Source: Octopus vulgaris (taxonomy: Eukaryota). Taken from it: a DNA stretch of 64,000 bases. Position 1 is the first letter of the stretch, and the number at the start of each line of letters is the position of its first letter. This document shows positions 35,323 through 49,239 of this stretch, one piece after another. Made by a program: the position numbers and the translations under genes. The notes under the pieces were generated by a model. The model saw only the letters and a list, made by a program, of their open reading frames with translations. It was not told where the DNA came from and did no database searches. The stretch lies in assembly GCA_951406725.2 (NCBI GenBank), contig OX597815.1, forward strand, positions 51,894,001 to 51,958,000. The letters are read 5' to 3'.

Positions 35323-35325
<3 letters not shown>
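35055..35325 (+). mobile_element. SINE
   Basis: ctgtatcagcctttgcctttcccttgga...gactgaagggggtctttaccctttta, ending in (TA)n. Confidence 0.6.
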
Positions 35326-35368
<43 letters not shown>

Positions 35369-35554
35369 CATTATTGACCACACATACACAATCTATGCAT
35401 TTAGCTTGTTCACCAGTAGGTTGCAGTTTAGTGTGCTGGGGTTACTCCCTCAAAGGACCAGGTATTAGAATACCTGAAAGTCAAACACAGGTGAGACAAC
35501 TCACCCACTTTACAATGAAAATTCTTAATTTAATAAAATTATCTGTCTCTAGAG

Positions 35555-37951
35555 CAGGGATGTTAAACCCATTTTAGTTTACAGACCACATATCAATGCA
35601 CTTTGATCTCAAGCAGGCCAGACCAGTTAAAAATGGCATGAGAACCTACAAATAACAATTTCAAAATTTCCTCTTTGTTTTAGTGTAAAAAGTTACATCC
35701 TAAAAATGTTCATGTTTAAAGAACAATTTTTTTTGCAAAACATTTAACAAGTGAAAGTGGGAACTGTTAAAGAAGACTGTGTTATAACACTGTCTTGTAA
35801 GTGTATACAATTTATAAACTACCAAAAAAATAAATAACCCTACTTTAAAAAACATTTAAAAACATTTTTATTACTTTTTCTCATTTATTTTCAATGTTAC
35901 TGAAACTTGGCATCTTTTCTCCTTCACAAGTGTATCAGTATCAGGCAGCAAATCCTGAGTAGCAGCCAATTTCAGGATGTCATTTAGGTGCTTATGTATG
36001 AGCCTTGAGCACAGCTTTGCTTTATTGATGCTCATTACAGAGAAAACTTGCTCACAAAGGTAAGTTCTCAAACACACACAAAACTTTTGCAGCAAGGGCT
36101 GTCAATTTGGGGTACTTTGGCAAGAGATACTGATAAAATGTGTCCAAGCCCACCAAGATAAATTTGTTCTTCAAATCTGAATTACACTGCAAGTCAATTA
36201 TTTCAAGTTGTATGTTGATGGGCAGATCAGAGGTGTGACTGTAAATGGTGAGCAAAAAAACTGTGAAATCTGTCTCAAGTTCATAAAAAATTTGAAACTA
36301 GCTCAAACTCTCATGACAATCCCGTGATATTGTCTTTGTACCCATTCAAATCAACATTATCTGCGGTCACAGCCACATTTTTTAGACAAGGAAAATGAGC
36401 AGGGTCATCACCTGACAGTTGTGTCGCCCACAAAGTTAGCTTCAACTTGAATGTGTGTGTGCTTTCAAAATACTGTGAGACAACTTTTTTACAGCCTTGC
36501 AGCATTTTGTTCAGATTATTCAAGTGCTCTGCAATATCCACGATAAATGCTAAATCTTGCAGCCATTGAAATTCTAACACTGGTTTGCCTTTTTTCTCCA
36601 TGAACTGTTCAATTTCTTCTTATAGATTAAAGAAACACTTCAGCATGGCACCTCAGCTTAACCAATTTACCTCAGTGTGATATGGTAAGCCATAGGCAAT
36701 GTCTATATCACTGAGAAGATTGTCAAACTGATGGTGATTCAAACCTCTACTTTGGATGAAATTAACAATTCGGCCAACCACTTCCATGATGTGATCCATT
36801 TTGAATGACTTGCAACACAATGCCTCCTGGTGCAAAATGCAGTGAAATATCCAAAAATCATGTCCTCCATTTGTAGTTTGTATTTCTCTCTGAACTGCAT
36901 CACAACATCTGCTTTTTTTCCCAATCATTGATGGAGCATCATCTGTAGCCCAGTCCACTCCGATCCTGTTCAGTGCTCCAACAAAAGCGATAAAAATGTC
37001 ATTTGCTGTTGTATCCATCATAGGAATCAACTCCAGGAATTCCTTGCTAACAGTTAAAGTCTCGTCTACACCACAAATGAATATGGCCAGTTGCACAACA
37101 TTTGTAATGTCCGTGTTCTCATCAGTTGCATCTGAAAATGCAGTAAATGATATGACTTTGTGCTTCAGTTACCAGTCCAAATCTGCAGAAAGATCTGAAA
37201 TCCTATCTGTCACAGTGTTTCTCGTCAGGCTAATGTTGGTAAAAGTCTGTCACTTTTCAGGGTATACAATTTCTGGAGCCTTCAGTATGCATGTTTTCAC
37301 GAACTCACCCTCACAGTATGGCTTTGATGCTAATGCTATTTCTCTAGCAACAAGGTAGTTAGCTTTTATTGCTGCCTGACTGAAATCTTGGCTTTGGGTT
37401 AAAGCAGACTGTTGTTTCTTCAGATCTACTTACAATTTATTTACCTTCTCTCTTTTCATTTGTTCTTGCAAGTCATTGTATTTGACAGCATGATGAGTCT
37501 CATAGTGTTATATAAATGTTATATTTTTTGAGCATGGAAACCTGCTGCAAGCACACCAAACACACGGGTTTCCCATTCACCTCCATGAATAAATAGGAAA
37601 AGGACCAGTTTTCTTGAAATAATATACCCTCTGTTTCCACTTTTCTCCTTTTTGACAAAGAAATTTAAGTAAGGTAAAACAGAGTGAAATGTTGATCTAA
37701 AAAGAGAAAACATGTTGTTAGTCATTGGATTAATTCGAAAAGAATATATGTTTTTCTGATACAATATTTAAACAAATATTTAAATAATTTAAGTGAGTCT
37801 TTCTATTAGAAATTGAATCATTGACACTATCATCAGTCATACTCAAACAATCAATATTCACAATAATTAGTAAGCAAATATATATAATTTTTACTCTTCT
37901 CAAAGTCATTTTGCTGGCCAGTTCAGAACTGCAGGCTGTATGACACTCCTA
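35555..37951 (-). mobile_element. hAT transposon, SPIN/GTF2IRD2-like, near full length, frameshifted
   Basis: QLAIFICGVD, FHCILHQEALC, LPYHTEVNWLS, WLQDLAFIVDI, IQLEIIDLQC, TYLCEQVFSVM..KLCSRL; termini cagggatgttaaac / gtatgacactccta. Confidence 0.93.
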
Positions 37952-38229
37952 GTCTTGTAGGATGTACCATTATTACCAAATGACTATTATGACCAGCTCC
38001 ATTTGAAGAGGGGAGATAATCGCAAGGTTCAAGAATTTCTCCCAAATTGATGTGCCATTCATGAAAGAGAAAAGTTTATTGTCCAGAAACAAGAAGACAG
38101 TCATGGACATGTATTTCTAACTCAATAGTCTTCATCAGTACACCAGTAGCCAAAGTATTTTCATACAAAACAATGAAGAAAATAGAATGGCCTAGTAATT
38201 TGCATAATTCAAACAAAAGTGATCTATAA

Positions 38230-38390
38230 GTGCAGGCATGGCTGTGTGGTAAGAAGCTTGCTTTCTAACCACATGGCTCCAGGTTCAGTTCCATTGTGTG
38301 GTGCTTTGGGTAAGTGTTTTCTACTATAGCTTCAGGCTGACCAAAGCCTTGTGAGTGGATTGGGTAGACTGAAACAGAAAGAAGCCCGTC
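38230..38390 (+). mobile_element. tRNA-head SINE 5' part
   Basis: gtgcaggcatggctgtgtggtaagaagcttgc...gaaagaagcccgtc. Confidence 0.85.
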
Positions 38391-38740
<350 letters not shown>

Positions 38741-39017
38741 TTGAAACTTAAAACATTAGGATCAGTTTCCTACAATACGTACGTAGTGTTTTTATTTATT
38801 ATATATTGATTATTCATTTTTATACTTTTTGTGATCGAGTTATATGTTTTATAAAAATATATTTTATTTGTTATTTATGTTTTGGTTTATGCCTATCATT
38901 GTTTGAATTGCATAATAGTGGTTTTATCTCTAATTTATATTTTATATATTTATATTGTGAAATTTGATTTAATACTAAATTGAATTTTTCTCTGTAAGTT
39001 TGGAATTATACTCCCTA

Positions 39018-39085
<68 letters not shown>

Positions 39086-39559
39086 AGGACACTCTGTTGT
39101 AGAAAATCTGTCTTAATAAAGTCCATCTGATCCTTACAAGCATGGTAAAGTGCACATTAGAATAATGAGGATGATTATATGCATGTATATGTGTGTGTAT
39201 ATATATGTGTGTATGTGTACTTCTATGCTATCTCTTGGTGAGAGTACAGGCCTAATCTCAGTTTTTGTTTTTGAATCCAACTGATAAGAACTTGAACTCT
39301 ACTGGTTCATCAACAGCTGCATAATATCAGATATTTGCAGTGCTGTGTTACACATGGAGGATGCCTCAGCAAGTATATTTGATAGATATTCCTGAGGTCA
39401 TACCAAGAGCCTTTTCTTACAACATTAGGTCTCTAGTATATCTTCCTGGATTCAGTTATTTCTTTCATCGATTTGAAGGATTACCTAGAATTCTTTCCCT
39501 CTTGATTTTACTATTTGTAAAATGGCTCCACACATCTGTAGAAAACAAACACCAAATCC

Positions 39560-40520
39560 ATCATCCAAATCTCTGACTGTCTTTCACTAATATTTGAAGT
39601 CTTTTTTCTAACTTCCTCTATTTAATCATTCCTATGACAAAACTTTCCTGACCATTTTTTTGCTCTTAGTGAGACTAAACTGAATCCTGGTGTTTCTAAT
39701 TTAGATTCCTTGATCACTGATTGCCTCCTCTTCATCATAAAGACTCCATTTATCATATGAATAATCTTGGTGTCTACATTTGCAGTAATCTTCTGATTGC
39801 TTGTGAGTCAATGTTTGAGTCTTCTGACCATTTCTTCATATTTTTCCACTTGCTTTTTCAGTATACTGCCCCCTTATTGTGCTCTCTGTCCTCTCAAAAC
39901 TGCTCTTGTTGATGCTGTATTCAACATAATTTTTTTGTTCTTCAAGTATTCTAATCTTTGGTGATTTCAATGCTTATCACATTAATTGGCTCAATTCTAA
40001 AACCACAGATTCTTTTGGAACTCATGTCTTTGTCTCCTCTCTGTCTCAGTCTCTCTCTCAGATAGTCAGCTTTTCTACTTGTCATCCTGATCATGACTAT
40101 CATTATCATATCATTGATCATGTCTAATTCTAGCATTCGCTCTATCTCTTCCCATACTTCACTTAGTAACTCTGACCACATTCTTTCTTCACTGGATATA
40201 TTTTATAATACTTTTCCTAGCAGTGATCCTCAATCTTATCATAACTATCAACAAAGTGACTGGAGTTCTTTTTGTGATGCTCTGTGTGATAATTTATTTT
40301 CTTACTAATGATTGTGCCTCTGATGTATCTTAGATTTAAATTATAATTGATGCTTTTATTCCCCACAGGTAATACTTAATTTAACCTAATTCTTCTCTCT
40401 GGTTTTCATGTACTTGTATCCCAGCTATGGTTCTTACCACCCCCTTTTTCCATCATTGTTATCTGGGCTGCTCTTTAGAAAATAAATGTCTTTTCTAACT
40501 GGCTAAGAAGCACTAAAGAT
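39560..40520 (+). pseudogene. LINE APE-endonuclease relic (CR1/Jockey group)
   Basis: ALSETKL, FGDFNAYHINWL, LSNSDHIL motifs. Confidence 0.75.
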
Positions 40521-41441
40521 TTTCAAATAAATAACTATAGACATTTTCTACATTATACATGTTTCAGATATTATGATTTGTTCTATACAGATATTATATG
40601 TATGTATTTTATTATTTAATTCATTTAGTTTTTACATCTATTTTGTAATGCAAATTATAGAGTGTATTATAGATTTATTTGATATTGCAGTTTAAATCAT
40701 GTTTTTATTTAAGAATCTGTGATTTTCGGAGTCACGTTTAGTCTTCATCTTTGCTGGAAATATACCTAAGAAATACTTAATAACAACAACCCAAGACGGT
40801 GTTATTGTGTTGCAGACTTCTATCTTATCAGATAGTGCAACCCATTAGGAAATTCATACATACATTGATATGTACACACACACACACACACACATTGAAG
40901 AATATAAGCACTTGTATAAATATATATATATTTATGTATATATATTTAAGCATACTTCTAATTTGAATGCTCATCTTTGTGAATAATCATTGAAATTCAT
41001 CTTTACATTTTGAATACAGGTGGGTGTCACATACGTTTTTCTGTTGCGTTTTTCTCTGCTCTCTCTACTCTCACTCAGTTTTTTTTGCTCTTTCTCCTGT
41101 TATCTGTATCTCTCTCTTTCTTTCTCTCTCTCTCTCCAATAATGCCTCTTTACTTATCTTTTAACACCTAAATTACACATTTTCCCTTGCATACTTGCAT
41201 ATCTTTTGTATTTTCTCTACATAAGTTCATTGTGTTTTCTTCCTACTGTCACTAGTTGTCAGTCAATCTCCCCCTAATCTCTCTCCTCTGTGTACTTATT
41301 TAAACTTTTTATATATCGTCATTTCTTTAGAGTTTTCTAATTCTTTCCTTAACTTTTTTCCTATTTTCACCTTTAGTTTCATCTATTGGTGCTTCAAATT
41401 TTCTTCATACACTAGCGTATATTGAAAACACATGCACGCAC

Positions 41442-41476
<35 letters not shown>

Positions 41477-41482
41477 AACACA

Positions 41483-41521
<39 letters not shown>

Positions 41522-42194
41522 GTGTATATCTGTATATGTATGTGTGTGTACACATATGTATCTGTGTGTAAATTAGATGTTATATTCATGTGTATACATA
41601 CCTATGCACAGGCACATATTAAAAAAAACATAAACAAGCACACACATATAAAAGAGAGAATGTGAGAGAGAAAGAATTGACTAGTTGAATAGATATTGCT
41701 TCAATAGGCCTTAATGCATATCTGTTCACAGCAAATTATATATTTATCCTTCAAATTATAGAAATTTTCCAAAAATAACAAAATAAATAAATTAATAAAT
41801 TTAAACAAACAAAATACATTGTTAATCTGTGAATAGTGTCATAAAGAAAATCCTTGTTGTAGTTCACTTATAATTCAATTTCCTTTTAGAGAATAACAAT
41901 TTATGCAAACATATCTAAGTATAATGTTGCTTTTAAAGGTTAGAAATCCAACACAGCCAAATCAACATCTTGGCATTATCCAGAAGTGTCTGCTTTCGCT
42001 TATCCTGAAACAATTCTGCAGTTTCTCAATGAATCTTCACCAAAGTTTGAATACAAATCCAAATTCATTTCAGAATAATGAAGGAAGGAAAAAAAATTAA
42101 ATGGGTGAGGGTGGGGGTCAAATGTCCTCCTGTGGGAATATTTAAACATTTAGACATGTGCATACTCAGTTAGAGAAACACATGTGTGTATGTG

Positions 42195-42195
42195 T

Positions 42196-42290
<95 letters not shown>
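42195..42290. repeat. (CA)n microsatellite
   Basis: direct inspection. Confidence 0.97.
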
Positions 42291-42292
<2 letters not shown>

Positions 42293-42799
42293 CATAGAAT
42301 GATGTACCTTTATGTTGGCAAACTGTCACCATGACAAAAACAGCTGTTGATAGACATCATTGTATATAAATGATATTTTTCAATTTTTGTTTCTAATGAA
42401 TACTTCTTTATATATCAGATTTCCTTTTTAACACCATTTTTCAATGAACAATTATTTACAGAAACATGCTGTAACCTAAATTTAATGGAAAAAAACAAAC
42501 TGTTTCTGCATGTTTGGCAAATTTGGTAATGAATTGCTCAATCATTTTACCATTTGCAATGATTTTTAAAAATTGAAAATGTATTATATAAAAACAAAGT
42601 GTTTGCAGTAGCTTACAAAAAAGACCAATTCTATGCAGATGAAACTGTGTATTAGCAAATAAAATTCTTTAAATATGTTAAGTTATAAAGACTGCCACAA
42701 ATTAACTTTAGTAATGTGTAGTTTATTTACAAAAAAAAATGAAGAAATATGAAGAAACAAAATACATGTTAACAAAAATTATTCTTACAATTGGTATTT

Positions 42800-44050
42800 T
42801 ATTCAATGTGAACCTTGTGGCTGATTCAAAGTGACTAATTTTTCAACTTGGCTGCCATGCTTGCAATAAAATGAAGTTCATCCCCTTTTTTAGAATGGTT
42901 ACTCAGCAAGTAACTTACTAAACTAAAACCCAGATTCAACAAGAACTGAGAAACACAATAACATACTATTTTACTTTCTTCTAAAAAAGTAGAAATTTTC
43001 TTGCAATTTCACTACTTTTTCATTATTTATCATTGCTATGTTTGAATCTACCTTGAGCTCTTTAAATCATCCTACAACTGTTAGGCTTTTCTGTAATTTA
43101 GTGGCAACTTCAGTTGCATTTACTCCAAATGGATCCTATTCTAGATAGTCTCTGAACCCAACTTTTATATTATTCTACAAATGTTTCAAATGCTTAACAC
43201 ACACACAGATATCATCTTGCAGTTCAGTGTCAATGGGGCAATCTTGGAAACTGCACCAACTTGCAATATTCTCTCTCAAGAACTGTTTCTCTATGTTAGC
43301 AGTAATAGCCTCTTTGCAAGATATCAGATTACACTTTTCTCTTTATAACTGTTCGTTCAGAAAATTGAACTTTTGAAATATATCTGGGGGTTAAAATGTA
43401 TCACACATAACAAGAACTATTTGTCAGGATGCTAACTATTCATAAATGGTACAGTACTGTTCCAAAATGCCACTAAGCAATGATGACAATTACTCTTTGA
43501 TAGCCATTACACCCCTGGATGTATATCTGGTGTTCACACTTCCAATTAGTTTGCAATACTAAATGATGATGGCTGACTATTCAGTGTATGCAAAGAATCC
43601 GGAACACTGCATTTTCTTTTTTCAAATAAGCAATGAACTATCTATAATTACCATAGAGACAGCATCATCAATTGCACAATCCATTGTATTTCCAAATGCA
43701 ATATTGTTTACTTTGTAATAAGTCTCAACTTAAATTTTAATCTTTCAAGCCAAAAGTATTTCTTCTTGATACTGAAAATCATCCAAAAACCTAACATACA
43801 CCGCCAAAGTGACTTCATTATCTCTTAAAATGGACTCGTCAATTTACTGGGCTAACTACTACCCTTGTAATAGTCTAACTAATAGTTTTCCCTCATCCCC
43901 AGCCATTTTCTCAATGCACCTTGATACTGATGAGTTGTTCAAAAGAGATGGTCTTGTAAATTTCCTGACACTCCTGACAGTTGAATTCAGACACTAAAGG
44001 TGCACTAGGATGAACAGAACTGAGCAACTAATTTTATGACAACCAGTGTT
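42800..44050 (-). pseudogene. hAT (Charlie/SCAND3/ZBED5-like) transposase relic
   Basis: IDESILRDNEVTLAVYVRF; C-terminal LVESG..QPQGSH*. Confidence 0.8.
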
Positions 44051-46112
44051 GCATTCTTTTGCTCTTTGTGTGTTGCCAAATATTTTTTTTATAAAAACTG
44101 TAAAAAGTTATTATTTCTATTTTAATAACCCTAAAGGATTTGTTGAAATAAAGTTTAGTAACTGTAAGGAATGGATTAATCAATGTTGTTGTCACAGCCT
44201 ATGAACTTAGAGAGCTTGGTATGGTTAAGTAATGGTTTGAAGAAAATGGTAGTCAAGTTGTGAGTTCAGTTAAGCTTATTGCTGACGGGGGGTGGGGAGG
44301 AGGTAATTATGTCAAGACAATGCATTGAAAAAGAGAAAAGAACCATTGCAGTTGGGTGTATTTAGGATCTAAAAAGTAAATCACTGAAGCTAGAGTGGAT
44401 TTAGATTAACTGGGCAGGGAAGGGCTGGATAATAAGATATTGAACATATACTGAAATAAAAGGGATGGGAGTGTTCATTGTTGGCTAGAGGCAAAGTAAA
44501 GGGTTGAATAAGTGCTTAGTAGTACAAAGAACATAAACACAACCAGGAATGGAAGGAAATATGTTTTTATGATTAACTAAAAAACAAAAAGGCAGGTTAT
44601 ACATGCAAATATACATATATATTCTTAGGCTAGCTGGAGATCTGAGTGCATACATATTCTATAGGATTGTTTTGTATTTTTGTTTACCATAGTAAACAAA
44701 GTTATCTAAAATAAGAAATATGTAGTAATTAACTATTGTAGTAATATTTATGGTTTTAAAATTAACATGGAAAAATTTAATAGGAGGATCATGACAAGGT
44801 CATTGTATAGCTGGCAGTTGTGTCCCTTTTCTCACTGTTTTTTATGTGGCTCCTAAACAATGTGATTTGGACTCCAGGGGGCTTCATGACCCCCACCTCC
44901 TTCCAATTTAAAAGTACTTTTTATTCTCTAATTCCTTAGCACAGTTTTGTTTATTTCTCTTTATCAAACACTGTCCAAGCTACAAGTTTAAATCTTTAGA
45001 ATGTTTGTCTTTATGGATATGGCCAGTTCGTTGCAGTAACTTCCTTGTTGTCCTTGCAGCCAATAATTAGTATATTGTCATTGAGTTTCTAATAAAATAT
45101 TTGATTCAGAATGGCCTTTAACTGCTTTCTGTGAATATGCATTTTAAGGAGATTCGGCTTAAAGCTGTGCACTAATATAAACTGATGGTCATTTTCTTAG
45201 TTGGCAATGCTAGCTTCAGATTCTCTTTATGATTAATAAACATTTCTATTTTGAGAAATACATTTCTCCAAACAACTTAATATTTTTGAAGTTGAGAAAA
45301 CTTCAGCTTGTAGGAGTGAAATTGGCTGAGTGGATAAGATAAAAGTATTAGACTACTTGCTCATGAATTGTGAGGTCAAATTCAGTTTCACAGTAGCTGT
45401 TTAGTTGTGTATCTGGGCAAAGCACTTCGTTCAATATTGCCCCAGTTTACCTAGCTGTCAGGAAAAGAAACCACATTTTCTCAGGGAAAGTCAATAGAGC
45501 TGGTTCCCTATTCTCACATCATACTTATTGTGAAAGGTCAGCCAGTCAACTACATTTATCATACCAGCGTGTGAGATAAAGAAATATTTATCCATTATCT
45601 AAGCTAGCAACAATACACTTTACCTATTAAGCAGGACATTGAGCAGAAACAGGTGACATATAAGAATATTTGATGTAAGATTCTTTACAAATTAGCTTGA
45701 GTTTACTGTTTTCTCTACAAATAGTCATATCCATCCAGCTAGGTATTGATTGAATTAAAAAAAAAAAAACTGAATGGATGCATTGAAGTGTAGTCTGAAC
45801 GTAGGCATCAAGTTTGCATAATTTCACAATAGAGTTGTTGATGAAAGGAAGAAAAAGCTGTAAAACAACTGCTTTAGCATCTTATATAGATATCCTTATC
45901 TACAGAATCAATACATCTCTCTCTCTCTCTGTCTCTTTCCTCCACCACATACAGCTGCACACATACAGATATGCATATCAACATACTTTTTTTGTTTAAT
46001 AAATGAGAAAATGAGCACTCAATACACACTGTTGAGTGCTTGATGTGATCCTTCTGATTCACCATCAACTTTGTAATATATAAGTGTGTATGTATATCCA
46101 GACACACACACA

Positions 46113-46157
<45 letters not shown>

Positions 46158-46161
<4 letters not shown>

Positions 46162-46568
46162 AGGCATGACTGTAGTTAAGAAGTTTGCTTCTCAATTATG
46201 TGGTTTCGGGTTCAGTCCAACTGTGTGGAACTTGAATGTCTTCCACTATAGACCAGAGTGGATTTGGTAAATAAAAACCGAAAGAAGCCCTTTGGATAGG
46301 TATATTTGTGTTTGTGTTTATGCCTCCTCATTTTGATATTGCATGGTTGTTGTAAATGAGTGTCATTGTCATAAAAGTGGTGTCATTCACTTCCAATCTT
46401 CCATGAAAATATGTCTGATCATGAGGAAATATTATATTGTTTGGAAACAACTGAAGGTTGGTGAGAGGAAGGGCACCTGGCCATAGAAAATCTGCCTCAA
46501 TGAATTCCACCTGATCCATGCAAGCATAGAAAAGTGGATGCTAAAATGATGGTGATGATGATGATGAC
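46158..46568 (+). mobile_element. tRNA-head SINE with RTE-like (GAT)n tail
   Basis: gtgcaggcatgactgtagttaagaagtttgc...catgcaagcatagaaaagtggatgctaaaatgatggtgatgatg. Confidence 0.8.
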
Positions 46569-46749
46569 TGTGTGTGTGTTTGTGAGAGAGAATGGATGAA
46601 TGATGATATTTCACTTTGCCATGATTTAAATGAAATGGCGTTACTGTTTACATTTCTTGTTGACATTATGCCTAATCCCTCTGCTAGCATGGTAAAACAG
46701 ACATAAATGAATTAACAAGTATATATAGTTTCACGTATTTCTGTATGCC

Positions 46750-46853
<104 letters not shown>

Positions 46854-46886
46854 CTGTGTATGTGTAAATGTATATATATATAAATA

Positions 46887-47482
46887 AAATTAATATAAAC
46901 AGCTAAGCTAATATAAACAGCTATATAATACCACAAAGGAAAAATTCAATTGCCACTAAATGTGACCAAGGGTGTCAAGACACCTACATTGTTAGATATA
47001 AGAGTAAAATACTCTTTGTGCTGTAGGAAGAGCACAAAAGTATATGCATGTGCTGACGGGGGAAGAAACTGCCCCATAACCGAATTGAGAATCTCTCACA
47101 CTAGCTGTCTAGTTTTGTGTATTTTCATATCCTTCATCAGTGAGAGTTGCTTGACTGGCTGTTGTCAGCTAATTTTGCCAGTCAGCATGTATGTATTTAC
47201 CATAGAAACCTATGGATGATTTAGCTAATGTGTATACAAAAAATTAATATAAACAACTAGGTATAATATATCATAAAGGAAAAATTCAATTGTCACTAAT
47301 AATGACTAAGGGTATTGAGACACCTACATTGTTAGAAATAGGAGTAAAATACTCTTTGTGCTGTATGAAGAGCACAAATGTATACACATACACTGATGAG
47401 GGAAGAAACCACCCCATGACTGAATCAAGAATCTCTTGCACTAGACGTCTAGTTTCATGTATTTCAGTACGCCTCATCATAT
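46887..47482 (-). repeat. Tandem direct repeat, 340-bp period, each unit with a hammerhead-like motif
   Basis: aaaggaaaaattcaattg at 46935 and 47275; gagtaaaatactctttgtgctgta in both; (c/t)tcatca at ~47133 and ~47473. Confidence 0.88.
47093..47146 (-). ncRNA. Type I hammerhead-like motif (degenerate); second copy ~47433-47481
   Basis: ctctca CTGATGA ... aAAAC TAG acag CTA GTG tgagag; copy 2 TGATGA ggcgta ctgaaa tacat GAAAC TAGACGTCTAGT. Confidence 0.55.
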
Positions 47483-48284
47483 ATAAAAGTTTTACATTAT
47501 GTTATTGGTTGATTTGATCATCATGGTCTGCATCAGTTCTTATTTGGAGTTATTGCCCTCCTAGAACATCTACAAGGTTATATCTCACATGTACATTATA
47601 TTTTTTGTTTTCTATAGGTGGATGCTCTCTCTAACACCAATGACTTTTCAGGGTGTACAGGTGTATTTTATCATGGTGCCATGGAATATAATTTAAGAAA
47701 TTTTGATGGATGGTTTTTAATTTAGATCACTTTTGAAAAAAAATTTGCCATAGATTCAGGATGGTCTCAAGCAGACTGGTATAAAAAAAAAAGCTAAGGT
47801 ACCAAGATGGGGGAGGGACCTAAATGGCAGCTACTTGTTTGCTTGTATGAAGGAGAGATAGGGAGAGAGAAAGAGAGAGAGCAAATAATAGATAGTGGAA
47901 AAAATGATCAGTAGTAGGAGAGTGTGGTGGTTACCAATAATGGATGATCAAGGGGAAAAAGAGTGGTAGATAGAAGCTTATCAATAAGGAGTGGCCTGAG
48001 GAGGGGATCAGTTGTGTTGTCTAGCAATACAGAGGCATAAATAGAGAAGTGTATTAGATATTTTGGATGCCTTATTACTCAGGCAGCATAATTAGAGTGA
48101 AAGAGAAATAGACATTTATTGATAGTGGTGGTAGGCATTGAGCATGTTTCTCTCATTACATAGGTAGTATGGTTCAGTGAATAGAAGAGGGGACAGAGAC
48201 CACAGGATATTGAATAGGCAAGAGAAGCAGCAGATGGGAACTTATGTGTTTGTGTGTGTATGTATGTACATACAATTGGGCAGC

Positions 48285-48568
48285 TTTTAAGCTTTTGAAT
48301 GGGAAGATCTGCAAACAGATTTCTGACTTGTTTTGGAGAATTTGCTGCCATTGCTTCCTCCAGGCTCATATCCCAATGATGATCATATTCGTCCAGGTAA
48401 AAAAAATCGCCAAAAACAATTGCAGTAATGAAAATGTAGGAATCATGTTTTTAGTTTACTCACAGAGTCAGCTTGATTCCAAAATGGTATGAAATGTTGG
48501 ACTACAGCCACTAGGAGTAAAGTTGAAAAAGTGTGACACACTGACATTCACATTTATTATGTTAGATA
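48285..48568 (-). mobile_element. Helitron coding fragment fused to a Helitron-like 5' end
   Basis: DDHHWDMSLEEAMAANSPKQVRNLFA; - strand start TCTAACATAATAAATG. Confidence 0.65.
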
Positions 48569-48818
48569 TGTTTAATTTTGGGGGAACTGTATTTCAATTA
48601 AAGTGTATTTTATATAAGTATATTTGTGTGTATGTGTGTGTGCATGTATATGTATATATGTACACACACACACACACACACACATGTATGTATGCATTAA
48701 AGAAAGCAAAAAAATAAAACAAAAATGATAGTGTTCAATATGCTAGCCACAGGAATTTCTGTCCAAGAAAGTTGTACATCATTTCCCTCTTTCTCTCACA
48801 TACTCACTCACTCACTCA

Positions 48819-48850
<32 letters not shown>

Positions 48851-48929
48851 TATTATTACTCCCATCAACACTACTACTTTTAATAAAACATCATGAACAC
48901 TCCCTAAATTTCTTTGCCTCTCTTCTTTT

Positions 48930-48996
<67 letters not shown>

Positions 48997-49190
48997 CCCC
49001 CCCTCTCTCTGTCTTCGCCACCACCCCCACTGTCTCTATGTCTACTATTTCTCTCACCCCAGCATGAAGAAGTGCCTTTGAATAATGAAAGAGGTGGGTC
49101 AAAGTGTGACACACTGACACACAGAAATTAATTTTTGCATTTATTATATTAAATGTTTAATTTTGGAGAAACTGTATTTCAATTAAAGTG

Positions 49191-49223
<33 letters not shown>

Positions 49224-49239
49224 GTATGTGTGTGTATAT

